Below, piece after piece: positions 1-8,313 of a stretch of 55,726 bases of DNA. Position numbers and translations under genes: made by a program. The DNA lies in IMG/VR virus record IMGVR_UViG_3300017938_000011, positions 1 through 55,726 of that record, one strand, 5' to 3'. This DNA is from a virus. Taxonomy: Duplodnaviria > Caudoviricetes. Position 1 is the first letter of the stretch. Each line of letters opens with the position of its first letter. The notes under the pieces were generated by a model that did no database searches, was not told the origin of the DNA, and worked only from the letters and a program-made list of their open reading frames with translations.

Positions 1-203
1 ACGATCCCGATGACCTGTTGCACCTGCGGGTCGAGCATCGCCTTGACCTTGTCCATCGGCGCGTCGTTGCCTTCCGGGACTGGTTCGGCGAGCGCCTCGC
101 GGAGCTTGTTGACTTTGCCTTCGATCGCGGGACCGCCGAGCTGACCGTTGGCGCGTTGGTCAAAATCGGCGATTGAATCGCGTGGCTTTTCGTCTTCCGT
201 CAT
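1..203 (-). CDS. Hypothetical phage protein, runs off the left edge
   Basis: ATG at 203-201, frame open to position 1 (MTEDEKPRDSIADFDQRANG...); same strand as terL. Confidence 0.6.
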   Translation of the reverse strand, partial: MTEDEKPRDSIADFDQRANGQLGGPAIEGKVNKLREALAEPVPEGNDAPMDKVKAMLDPQVQQVIGI

Positions 204-267
204 AGGAGTTCTTCTTTTGCTGTAAGCATCGCCTTTATGGCCTGAATTTTTGTTTCATCCCTTATAT

Positions 268-605
268 CATGCTTATCCGGTTTAGACACACAGCCCTACA
301 TCTTGTGGTCAGGTTCGCGCCCGTGAAAATCTTGGGCTTGGTCCCAGCGTTCGCCGGTCTCGCCGCCTTTGCTTACCGAGCAAACGATAGATGCCCATTC
401 CGCCGCTGGAATTACCAATGTGGTGCGGCCATCACCCGGCGCGCAGTTAGGATCGTGCTTTTCAAAGTCGCCGTGATTGCGAACTTCTACGCTGCCATCC
501 GGCAGCCGCGACCAGTACCATCCATTTTGCCAGTGAAAAGCCATCGTCATTTTCTCCTATATCTAGTGGGTTTCAGGGCTTGTGTGTGGCAACCGGATAA
601 GCAAT
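268..605. mobile_element. Non-autonomous IS1595-like cargo element E1
   Basis: Left end catGCTTATCCGGTTTAGACACACA (268-292), right end TGTGTGTGGCAACCGGATAAGCaat (581-605); encloses one ORF; no transposase; no 8-bp TSD. Confidence 0.8.
296..550 (-). CDS. Cargo hypothetical protein of E1 (84 aa)
   Basis: AGGAGA RBS before the ATG; TAG stop lies within the element's subterminal palindrome. Confidence 0.75.
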   Translation of the reverse strand: MTMAFHWQNGWYWSRLPDGSVEVRNHGDFEKHDPNCAPGDGRTTLVIPAAEWASIVCSVSKGGETGERWDQAQDFHGREPDHKM

Positions 606-679
606 GTTTTCGTTTTTAAGCGGCATATTCTGAAACGTTTGAAGACGCATCAGTAAGTTCGGATGGAATCGAAATTCGT

Positions 680-886
680 TCATCGTCGCCTCTCCTTAAT
701 AAAACAGCTTAAACCATAGATGAAAAACCAAGGCCAAAGAGAAATTCCTAAAAACGAATCTATAATTCCTTCGTGCCAACTTTTGCGGAAATGCGAAAAT
801 CTCTTGGTGATAAGGTCCATCGTTTGTAGAAATAAACCTATAAGCAAATATAAAGTTAACGCAATTAGTTCGAGATCGTCGCTCAT
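680..886 (-). CDS. Small two-TM membrane protein
   Basis: Two hydrophobic stretches; AT-rich; GGGAGA RBS. Confidence 0.6.
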   Translation of the reverse strand: MSDDLELIALTLYLLIGLFLQTMDLITKRFSHFRKSWHEGIIDSFLGISLWPWFFIYGLSCFIKERRR

Positions 887-1006
887 CGTCGTTCTCTCTG
901 TTTAGCGCCAGCAAAGTGAGCGATGCGCCACCATCGTAACGGCAGGCTGGACGCGCGTGGCACCGGCAATGTGTCCGATTTGCATTTCAGAACCCTTTCG
1001 CGTTGT

Positions 1007-1084
1007 TTATAGACGCCAAAGTAGCGCATAGATAGGAATCATTGCTACAGCGATACCGAGCACGATCCACCATTCCACCGGCAT
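1007..1084 (-). CDS. Putative 25-aa hydrophobic peptide
   Basis: MPVEWWIVLGIAVAMIPIYALLWRL starts 1 nt after the extended terL stop. Confidence 0.35.
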   Translation of the reverse strand: MPVEWWIVLGIAVAMIPIYALLWRL

Positions 1085-1137
1085 CTCAGAATCCCTTTGC
1101 GTTACCAAGGGCAATCGCCACGCCATAACAGAAGCAG

Positions 1138-2442
1138 TCAAAGCAAGTCGTCGGACCGAGTCGGCGTCTTGTCGCCGACTCGGAAGCCAACGACTTCCCC
1201 TAAGAGATGATTCCTGGTTGTGCCTTTGTAAATCGTCGTTTTGTCATAGGCGTGGCGGCTGATCTTGACGAAGCCGCGATAGACGTATCCAGAGACAGAG
1301 ATTGCGCGCTCGTCCTTGCCTAGAGCTGTCAGCTTAGAATCGATCGCATGCGCTGGCCAGCCGCGCCGCATGGCCTGTTGAATCAGGACCATGCCCGTCG
1401 CTTTATCCTCGATCATTGAACCGAGAGAGCCCATGCGAGCATGGCAAGTTTGCGCGAAATGTTGCAGATGCTGGAAGACAGTCGGGAGCCAAGTCTCCAA
1501 TAGCGCGCCTTCGATCTGCTGAATATCCCAATCGAGGATGATGAGATTGTATTGCGGGCCAACAACGCCTTCAGCGGAGACCGACCGAATAACGTTTCGG
1601 AGGAGCGCGTAATAGACCACCGCCGTTCCATCGTTTTCCTTCCCGGTCTTTACGGCCGTGTCGATAACGGCGAACACAGCTTCGCAGCGAATGGGATAAT
1701 CTACGGGCTGACCATTCACAAGCAAGCTGTCGCGCGTGAAAAAAGCCGACCCTGACCAATCCACAAATTCAGCAAGAAATTCTTGCTCATAAACGAGCGG
1801 GAGATTGTCTCGTTGTAATGCCTCGACCTCGGCGCGGGGAAGATACGGATTTGATCGTGTCGGGGCATGAAATTGAACAAAGCCGTATCTCGCCTCATTG
1901 CATAGCGCAAACAACATGTTGTCAGGATCGATGCCGTTTGTGTTCGACATCATCAGCGCGCGGCCGCCGTAATCGAGAAGCGTCGGTTTGATCGATTTCG
2001 TCCAGATGTCGATCGACTTCGGCTTGGTGAATGCGATTTCGTCGCCGATGACGCGATGGTATTTCCGGGACCGGCCGGCGTTCTCGTCCTCCATCGACCA
2101 GAACTCGACGCGGCCTCCGGTGATGGTCTCGATCATGCCGTGGGTCTTGTCGGATCGTTTCTTGATCGGATCCAGCGCCTCGACGATGACGTTGTAGCTC
2201 TCGGAGAGCCGCTTGTTCTCCGGGGCGAACCAGCCGACCCGCAGGCCGTGCGCGGCATCATCGCTGGCGACCGTCTCGCCGACGACGTTCTTGCCCCATC
2301 GCCGACCACAGCGGGCGACCACGAACCGGCACTGCGACATCAGCCAGCGAAGTTTCGCTTGGGCCGGGAAGAACGTCGGGAGATTGACGACCGCCGTCTC
2401 GGAGTTCTGCGGCGGCAGATCGAGAAGTGTGGCGTCGGACAT
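1138..2442 (-). CDS. terL: Terminase large subunit; C-terminus continues to 1086 in the +1 frame
   Basis: Walker A-like CGRRWGKN, Walker B VIGDE, nuclease IDTA...D and DDLL; +1 frame gives DCFCYGVAIALGNAKGF*. Confidence 0.93.
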   Translation of the reverse strand: MSDATLLDLPPQNSETAVVNLPTFFPAQAKLRWLMSQCRFVVARCGRRWGKNVVGETVASDDAAHGLRVGWFAPENKRLSESYNVIVEALDPIKKRSDKTHGMIETITGGRVEFWSMEDENAGRSRKYHRVIGDEIAFTKPKSIDIWTKSIKPTLLDYGGRALMMSNTNGIDPDNMLFALCNEARYGFVQFHAPTRSNPYLPRAEVEALQRDNLPLVYEQEFLAEFVDWSGSAFFTRDSLLVNGQPVDYPIRCEAVFAVIDTAVKTGKENDGTAVVYYALLRNVIRSVSAEGVVGPQYNLIILDWDIQQIEGALLETWLPTVFQHLQHFAQTCHARMGSLGSMIEDKATGMVLIQQAMRRGWPAHAIDSKLTALGKDERAISVSGYVYRGFVKISRHAYDKTTIYKGTTRNHLLGEVVGFRVGDKTPTRSDDLL

Positions 2443-2456
2443 CGTCTATTACGATC

Positions 2457-2642
2457 CTACTTTTTGGGTAGTGTTGTCCCAAATGAAACGGTCGGCCGGG
2501 AAATCGCAGCAGTCATTGGCAGGCAAGCCGGCGCCTTGTCGCCGTCATCCCAAGCGAGGCCGCACCGTTCGCACTCCCAACCTGCCCAACCTGTGGCGAG
2601 CTGCTGGGCGACGCAGACGATGGCAGGTTTCTCTTCACTCAT
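2457..2642 (-). CDS. Small Cys-containing hypothetical protein
   Basis: MSEEKPAIVC...WECERCGLAWD; overlaps the upstream stop. Confidence 0.5.
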   Translation of the reverse strand: MSEEKPAIVCVAQQLATGWAGWECERCGLAWDDGDKAPACLPMTAAISRPTVSFGTTLPKK

Positions 2643-2868
2643 ACGCGATTGCCCATCCGTAGATCTCTTGCGCGGCATTCTGATAGGCGGCAGCGCGAGC
2701 CTTGGCAGCACCATAATCTGCGCCAGGGAACTGCTCTGACTTCTCCTGTTTCTGACTCAGCCAATCGCCGGCGCGGTAAAAAGCTAGTCGGGTCGCGGCG
2801 TCGGCGATCTTGGCTTCTCGCTCAGAAAGGTTTTCAAGCAATGTGCGATCGTCATCTGCTCGGCTCAT
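2635..2868 (-). CDS. Hypothetical protein
   Basis: ATGA coupling with the upstream gene in a tiled operon. Confidence 0.6.
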   Translation of the reverse strand: MSRADDDRTLLENLSEREAKIADAATRLAFYRAGDWLSQKQEKSEQFPGADYGAAKARAAAYQNAAQEIYGWAIAYE

Positions 2869-3122
2869 GCGCTGCGCGCCTCTCTGGCATTGACACCCAT
2901 GCCGATACCATGAATTTCCTTTTGCCGGTCGACTCGGAGATCAAGCGACCCTTGCAAAGGACTGATTCTCTTAGGCCGCGTTGTCGCAGGTAAGTGCCTG
3001 ATTTTTCTGATCATTGCACCGATTCTCTTGTGAGGCCGTTCTGACGCTTTTGCCGCGACGATTTGCGCTTTTTTGATGATGTCGGCGACGGTGTCTGCAA
3101 TTAATTTGGCGCGTATTGTCAT
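2865..3122 (-). CDS. Basic hypothetical protein
   Basis: MTIRAKLIAD..., GGAG RBS, ATGA overlap. Confidence 0.55.
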   Translation of the reverse strand: MTIRAKLIADTVADIIKKAQIVAAKASERPHKRIGAMIRKIRHLPATTRPKRISPLQGSLDLRVDRQKEIHGIGMGVNAREARSA

Positions 3123-3436
3123 GTTTTGCTCTCCGCCTTTCGACGCCACCAGGTTCGCTCCGAAATACCTTGGGCAACCCACGGCTTGCGTTGCGTGATC
3201 GTTTCCTGTTCGCTTCCGCGCCGCGGACGGCCACCAGTTCCCTTTGGCGGACCTTTCCGTTTCTTTGGCGGCTTGGACGTTATGCCAGTCAAGATCTTCA
3301 CCGCCGTAATAGTGGCCTTGGCTACTCCGATCATACCGCCAGAATGCTTCGTTGGTTTGTTCGGCGTTCCCATGAATTTGGGGCACGGCCCGATGCGATG
3401 CCGTTCGCCGCACGTCCTGCATTTCACTGCGTCCAT
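3119..3436 (-). CDS. Basic putative DNA-binding protein (Zn-knuckle plus HTH-like tail)
   Basis: CRTCGERH...C at the N-terminus; KPWVAQGISERTWWRR at the C-terminus. Confidence 0.6.
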   Translation of the reverse strand: MDAVKCRTCGERHRIGPCPKFMGTPNKPTKHSGGMIGVAKATITAVKILTGITSKPPKKRKGPPKGTGGRPRRGSEQETITQRKPWVAQGISERTWWRRKAESKT

Positions 3437-3469
3437 GACATACTTAAAGGCATACTTTTGGCACGGTGT

Positions 3470-4150
3470 CTAGCTCGCCGCGGCTCTCGGCGGCGGCAAC
3501 GGCGCTGATTCTTCGCCTTCTGGCGGATCATCCTCGGCCGTGATCACCGTCAGCGCCGGCAACGCCGCGCCCTCTAGCTCCACTGAAGGCTTAAAATCAT
3601 TAGGCATTCCGCCTTCCACCTTGATCTTCGTCACCACGGTCGCCCCGACGACAACGGCCGAATAGCGGGGATCCTGGAACGGTGCCAACGCCTTGGCGGC
3701 ATCGACCGCCAGCGCGGCGTATTTGTCGAATTTCGCGTCGTCCGGCTTCCGACCCGGCGGCGGCACGGTCATCCCCGGAGGGAGCGGCTGAGACACCGCC
3801 GCCATCCCCGCGAACAATTCCATGAAGTTTTCCAATACCTTCTTGGCCCGCCTCGAATCCGGCATGCCCTTGCGTTCCAAGGCCTCGATCGCCGCGTCCT
3901 TCGCCACCGCCGCGGCCGCCGCCTCCCGGGCAACCCGCTTTAATCTCTCGATCTCGAGCGTCTTCTTGTTCTTGATGCCGGGCTTGCGGCCGCCTTTGCC
4001 CTTGGGTGGCCCGCGTTTCTTCTGCGGACGCCCGTCTTTCGTTAATTTGATGGGAGGTGGCTCACTACCGGCAATGTTGGTTCCGCCTTCCAGCGGCGTT
4101 TTCTGCGCGATTGCGGGGCCTTCTGGTGGCGATGGGAGATCGTCTGACAT
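3470..4150 (-). CDS. Putative terminase small subunit
   Basis: GGRKPGIKNKKT motif typical of TerS-like proteins; upstream of terL. Confidence 0.65.
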   Translation of the reverse strand: MSDDLPSPPEGPAIAQKTPLEGGTNIAGSEPPPIKLTKDGRPQKKRGPPKGKGGRKPGIKNKKTLEIERLKRVAREAAAAAVAKDAAIEALERKGMPDSRRAKKVLENFMELFAGMAAVSQPLPPGMTVPPPGRKPDDAKFDKYAALAVDAAKALAPFQDPRYSAVVVGATVVTKIKVEGGMPNDFKPSVELEGAALPALTVITAEDDPPEGEESAPLPPPRAAAS

Positions 4151-4227
4151 GCCTTGAAAATAGTTTATGAAACTTAATTTTGGAAACTTTTTTGTTAAAC
4201 CATTGATTTCATATATGCTTATCCGGT

Positions 4228-4398
4228 TTAGACAGACAGCCTTACAGCTTGTGGTTCGTGGGTTAGCAACAGTTGCATGAGATGCTGATCTTTGCCGCTG
4301 CGAAGATCGTAAACGCCGATGCGGCTGAAATCGGCGCTGAGGCGGCTCAACCAGTCTCCGGAAAAGTCAACGGACAAATAATCCGGGCAATTGTCCAT
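4228..4398 (-). CDS. 56-aa cargo ORF of E2
   Basis: AGGAG RBS, MDNCPDYLSVDF...; TAA stop lies inside the terminal repeat. Confidence 0.45.
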   Translation of the reverse strand: MDNCPDYLSVDFSGDWLSRLSADFSRIGVYDLRSGKDQHLMQLLLTHEPQAVRLSV

Positions 4399-4676
4399 CG
4401 CTCCTAATTGTACGTGCGCGTAGCGTCACGACCGTCCGCAAAGGTACGCGCAATATTAGGAGCGTCGCGGCTTCCTTGCCTTTGGCCGGTGCCCGCCGGC
4501 TGGTGACGGTGACCATGTCGGTTCTCCCCGACCGGAGAATCGCAGGCGAGGGTTAATGGTTCCTGACAAAAGCCGCCGCGAAGCACCTGGGGCGGCAGCG
4601 TTTCCGGGCGGTGTAGGGCCGCCAGCTTCACTTTTTGGATCAATAAATCGGTCGCAAAAATGAAGCCCAGACCGCG

Positions 4677-4910
4677 CTATGAGCTAGCATCCGCCCGGTT
4701 CCAAGACGCCAGCCCAGCTAAAACACGCCATATCATAACAATGGCATTGTTATTGGATAATTTGCAGTGGCGTAGGGCGTATGGCCAAGGCCCCTCTCGA
4801 AGGGCGAGATCGATTTCTTCATTGAGAAGCGGATCGTCCTCAAATGCCGCTCTAGCAACTGCCGCTACAGCTTCTTCTTCTCCGGGCACCATGAGATGAT
4901 ACGTCAACAT
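4677..4910 (-). CDS. Cargo ORF of E2 (77 aa)
   Basis: ATG provided by the subterminal palindrome (MLT...). Confidence 0.4.
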   Translation of the reverse strand: MLTYHLMVPGEEEAVAAVARAAFEDDPLLNEEIDLALREGPWPYALRHCKLSNNNAIVMIWRVLAGLASWNRADASS

Positions 4911-4955
4911 CTAGTATCTCTCAGAATTTGTGTGTGGCAACCGGATAAGCATGAT

Positions 4956-5177
4956 TCAGAGTGTCGGCCTTTTATAGCCCAGATACCGAAGCGTTGCGGC
5001 TTCCCAGTCGAGATCGTTCATGTTCTCGCGGAATGTCGCGTCGGCAGCACTAATGACAGCCTTGGCAACATCGGGATCGTCGTATTCGATGTAGTCCTGG
5101 CCGGTCCAGCGGGAGGCGGCTTGGGTGATGATGCGGGAGCGGCGGGCGAGGTGGTCAGTGGTGGAGCGGTGGTTCAT
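4956..5177 (-). CDS. Hypothetical protein
   Basis: 73-aa ORF with plausible composition between E2 and E3. Confidence 0.55.
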   Translation of the reverse strand: MNHRSTTDHLARRSRIITQAASRWTGQDYIEYDDPDVAKAVISAADATFRENMNDLDWEAATLRYLGYKRPTL

Positions 5178-5377
5178 CAGAGTGCGGTTGCTTTCTGCGT
5201 CGATCCATCATTGCGCGGCATCGGCGATCACGGCAAGTTCCGCCCGTTTTTCTAGTTCCTGATAACTCGGAAGTGGCAACTTTAGTTTCTCCGCGCGACC
5301 AATCCAGAAGCTATGACGATAACAGTGTGAACGGTTAGCCGAAGGCTCGGGCGCGTCGAGGTCGTAGCCATCCATAT

Positions 5378-6052
5378 CATGCTTATCCGGTTGACACACA
5401 CAGGCCGAAAATGCCCCAACATGTAGTGGCTCCTTCATGGTCTACCTGTAGTGGGTTGCTTGATTTCGATGGCGTGCGTGATGTGCCACTTGCCGCTCGC
5501 GCGCGGATATTGCGAGATCAAGTGAGGGGCGATGACGCGCGTCCAATCCTGCAAAGAGCACCATCCGGTGCCGTTATTCATGCAGTTGATGTCAAAAACC
5601 CCGTAGGAAGATCGGCCACCCTGACCGCCAACCCAATGGGTATAGCGATAGCGGGCGCGCATCGGCACCTCGGGGCGCGTCCATGGCCCCTCCCATTGAA
5701 TGCGAACAAGCCCATAGCGGGGCCAACCGATAAAATCGTCCGGCGTAAGGGCGTAGCCGAGCGCCGCAGAGCGATATTTTGCGCCGATGCTTTTCAGCGC
5801 ATCAAACATCATCGTTGGGTTCGTGTAGCGCTTGTAATCAAAGCCGATCAGGTGCGGTCGTACTTCATCCAGCGTCATGCCCATGATCGCGGCGAGCGCG
5901 CCGGGGCCGCAATTTGCGCCCCATTCATCGTGAGCGCGGTCGGCGTCGGCCAACGTGAAACGCGGCGCTATAGGTTGTGTTGCGCTCGCCGCCGGGTCTT
6001 TCGTCTGTGTCGTCAACATTTAGTACCTGTGTGTGTCAACCGGATAAGCATG
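5378..6052. mobile_element. Non-autonomous IS1595-like cargo element E3 with perfect 8-bp TSD
   Basis: 27-bp perfect TIR CATGCTTATCCGGTTGACACACACAGG; ATCCATAT at 5370-5377 and 6053-6060. Confidence 0.92.
5435..6019 (-). CDS. Cargo of E3: putative papain-fold (C39-like) cysteine peptidase
   Basis: NCGPGALA ... THWVG ... FDIN gives a Cys/His/Asp pattern; fills the element. Confidence 0.65.
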   Translation of the reverse strand: MLTTQTKDPAASATQPIAPRFTLADADRAHDEWGANCGPGALAAIMGMTLDEVRPHLIGFDYKRYTNPTMMFDALKSIGAKYRSAALGYALTPDDFIGWPRYGLVRIQWEGPWTRPEVPMRARYRYTHWVGGQGGRSSYGVFDINCMNNGTGWCSLQDWTRVIAPHLISQYPRASGKWHITHAIEIKQPTTGRP

Positions 6053-6203
6053 ATCCATATAGCCTTCGATCATTTCAGCGTTCGCTTGTTTCATGGTACA
6101 CCCGATTGATTCGCAGGATAGAGAAATATTTACCTATTGTCTAGACGGGCGCGGCCCCAATGCGCTAACGTATCGGCCCGGAGTAAAGTTGTGGAGAGTT
6201 CCG

Positions 6204-6611
6204 ATGCCGAACTTGAGGCCGCGGGCGCGCGACTTGCTGATCGAGTATCTCGACGGGCGACACGTCCCGATCATCCGCCAGCAACGCAACGGGCATTTCT
6301 CGAACTGCGATCCCGACGTTTCCCGCCGGAACCAGTCTATCGGCGCGTTGCTCAAGCAAGGCTGGATCAAGCCCGTCACCGTGGCCGGGAAGGCCGGGCC
6401 CATCGCCACCGTCATCACCGAGGCCGGGCGGCAGGTCATATCCGAAGCCCTCGCGGATTGGGCCGACGCGCTCGACAGGGCCAGGATCGCCAGCGATTTT
6501 GCGCTGGACAACGCCGCCGATTCACGGCTTAATGATCGGGCGCCGGTGCAGGGAAACGTTTACCTTCCGCTCAAACCCTCTCCCTCCGCCGCCGATAGGA
6601 GCGACCCATGA
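6204..6611 (+). CDS. Hypothetical protein, possibly winged-helix
   Basis: GGAG RBS; LLKQGWI...VITEAGRQ motif resembles a wHTH wing. Confidence 0.6.
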   Translation: MPNLRPRARDLLIEYLDGRHVPIIRQQRNGHFSNCDPDVSRRNQSIGALLKQGWIKPVTVAGKAGPIATVITEAGRQVISEALADWADALDRARIASDFALDNAADSRLNDRAPVQGNVYLPLKPSPSAADRSDP

Positions 6612-7030
6612 GATACGACTACATCACCGAATCCGGCAAGACGATCACGCAGGACACGCGCGATGTCTGGCCAACGCGCGCTTTCACCGCGACTGGGCAA
6701 GGCGTCACCGTTCACAAATCGACCGGACGCCTATTCGTCGCAACCGGCGAGGATGAGATCGTTCCGCTGGTCAGGCGAACCGCCCCGGTTCGCAACATCA
6801 TCGAAGCCGCCGCCCGTTGCGACGATCTCTTCCTCGCCATGCGGACGATCTCCGACGCGCTGGAGTTGGAACGGCTGCGGCTCGCCGAGGCGAACCTGAG
6901 CAATGCCGCCCGCTGGCGCCGTCTTCCCCATTCCGCGAGGCTGAAGGAGATCGCGGGGTGGCTCACTGCGGAGTGCTTCGAACTCATGGATCTCATCGAA
7001 GTCGATCACGTCAGCACCATCGGAGATTGA
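6608..7030 (+). CDS. Hypothetical protein
   Basis: AGGAG RBS, ATGA overlap. Confidence 0.7.
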   Translation: MRYDYITESGKTITQDTRDVWPTRAFTATGQGVTVHKSTGRLFVATGEDEIVPLVRRTAPVRNIIEAAARCDDLFLAMRTISDALELERLRLAEANLSNAARWRRLPHSARLKEIAGWLTAECFELMDLIEVDHVSTIGD

Positions 7031-7032
7031 CC

Positions 7033-7293
7033 ATGAGCGCGCGCATGACGCCCATCGTCAAACTCGCTCGCGAGATTTGGTGGTGGGACTTCTCGCCGAG
7101 AGGACGGCGGAAATACCGCAAGGCATCGCAGTGGCAAGCGATCAAAGAGGATAAGCGTCAGATGTACCTCTCTGAGGCTCGCCGCTTCGCCTACCTGCTC
7201 AAGCGAATCGATGTGAATGTCCTCAATGACAATCTTGAGATCATCCAAATCATGTTTATCCGGTTGCCACACACAAACGCGGAGAGCCACTAG
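7033..7293 (+). CDS. Hypothetical protein, 3' end interrupted by E4
   Basis: GGAG RBS, MSARMTPIVK...; last codons read through the E4 end to TAG. Confidence 0.55.
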   Translation: MSARMTPIVKLAREIWWWDFSPRGRRKYRKASQWQAIKEDKRQMYLSEARRFAYLLKRIDVNVLNDNLEIIQIMFIRLPHTNAESH

Positions 7294-7756
7294 ATGTTGA
7301 CGGAGGTGAAAATGGAGCGGCCGTTGATGAAATGCGGATGCGTCGCGCAAGGCGTTCTTCGCGCCAGAGGCGGCGAGACTTTGGACCCGCCGATCCCGGC
7401 TTATGTTGTCCATGAGTGCTACGATGTTGCGGACGATAAGCCCGATTTGACTGGCCGCATCGCACAATGTGCCTATTTGCCAAAAGGACATGCGCCCAAG
7501 CCGTCGTCCTATGATCTGGCGTTTTTTGAATATCTTGGTCCCGGCTCCCGAGAGTCGTCTGACCTGTGCAAATGCGGCTTCTCAAAAAAGCCCCACGATG
7601 AAAATGGCGGTCGTATTCCGCCGAAAAAGTACGCCGCCAACATGAAAGGTTGTGCAGCTTTCACGCCGAAAGGTCCCGCCGAGTTTGACCGCTACTATTG
7701 TGGTTGCCACGGATGGGACTAGGGGTAGGGCTGTGTGTCTAAACCGGATAAGCATG
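7251..7756. mobile_element. Non-autonomous IS1595-like cargo element E4 (inverted relative to E1/E2)
   Basis: catGTTTATCCGGTTGCCACACACA ... TGTGTGTCTAAACCGGATAAGCatg; flanks ATCCAAAT / ATCCAAAC (7/8 TSD). Confidence 0.88.
7294..7722 (+). CDS. Cys-rich cargo protein of E4
   Basis: CGC, CKCG and YYCGCHGWD motifs; alternative start 7312 with GGAGG; start and stop lie in the subterminal boxes. Confidence 0.75.
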   Translation: MLTEVKMERPLMKCGCVAQGVLRARGGETLDPPIPAYVVHECYDVADDKPDLTGRIAQCAYLPKGHAPKPSSYDLAFFEYLGPGSRESSDLCKCGFSKKPHDENGGRIPPKKYAANMKGCAAFTPKGPAEFDRYYCGCHGWD

Positions 7757-7837
7757 ATCCAAACAGCCGAGAGAATCCGCGACTGCGGATTCCCCGATTT
7801 CCTTAACCGCTGGCTGATGATGCTGGAGGAGGAGAAC

Positions 7838-8251
7838 ATGGTTGCGATCGGACCAAAAGAACAAGCCCTGCGCGATGCGCGGAGAATTACTGCCCGCTCG
7901 GCAAAGCCAGCAGAATCAGCCGCGAAAGCGGCCCAACAGGAGGTCCCAATGGAGACCCAAACCACGGAGAGTGTCGTGAGCAAGACGAAGAAAACAGCGA
8001 AGTCGAAAAAGCCCGCCCGCGCGAAATCCCGCACGACGGTGAAGCCTGAAGCCAAGACGAATGGCATCCGGGCAGGATCGAAGCTGGAGATCATCGTTGG
8101 CCTCCTGAAGCGGCCAGAAGGCTGCACGATGGCTGAAGTAACCGAGGCTGTCGGCTGGAAAACCATGAGTTTCCCGCAGCAGGCCAAAGCCGCAGGGTTG
8201 ACGCTGAAGAAAGAAAAGGACGGATCGGTGACCCGCTATCGGGCCGCCTGA
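7838..8251 (+). CDS. DUF3489-like domain protein
   Basis: GSKLEIIVGLLKRPEGCTMAEVTEAVGW; GGAGGAG RBS. Confidence 0.75.
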   Translation: MVAIGPKEQALRDARRITARSAKPAESAAKAAQQEVPMETQTTESVVSKTKKTAKSKKPARAKSRTTVKPEAKTNGIRAGSKLEIIVGLLKRPEGCTMAEVTEAVGWKTMSFPQQAKAAGLTLKKEKDGSVTRYRAA

Positions 8252-8287
8252 GCCAATACGCGCGCCGCTGGTGCGGCCATGCCGGGG

Positions 8288-8313
8288 AGAGCGCCATCAG
8301 GGCGCTCTTTCTC
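8288..8313 (+). terminator. Intrinsic terminator
   Basis: AGAGCGCC-atcag-GGCGCTCT followed by a T-rich tract, between convergent genes. Confidence 0.55.

Larger units (their letters stand above)
4214..4953. mobile_element. Non-autonomous IS1595-like cargo element E2
   Basis: tatGCTTATCCGGTTTAGACAGACA left end; TGTGTGTGGCAACCGGATAAGCatg right end; left ~39 bp nearly identical to the E1 left end; no clear TSD. Confidence 0.8.
5208..6094 (-). pseudogene. Small phage gene split by element E3
   Basis: Removing 5378-6052 plus one TSD restores MKQANAEMIEGYMDGYDLDAPEPSANRSHCYRHSFW... in frame. Confidence 0.75.

Noticed and set aside
902-985. MQIGHIAGATRV... 27-aa ORF resembling the start of a common phage protein
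   Set aside because: Too short and recognised only from memory; at most a remnant.
1100-1140. TGA read-through or an alternative genetic code in terL
   Set aside because: The in-frame continuation lacks the expected Asp motif and stops soon; TGA is a normal stop throughout the window.
268-7756. Recurring ~25-40 bp repeat read as a CRISPR array or attC sites
   Set aside because: Copies form inverted pairs hundreds of bp apart, two pairs have TSDs, and they match the ends of the IS1595 element; no cas or integron integrase gene is present.
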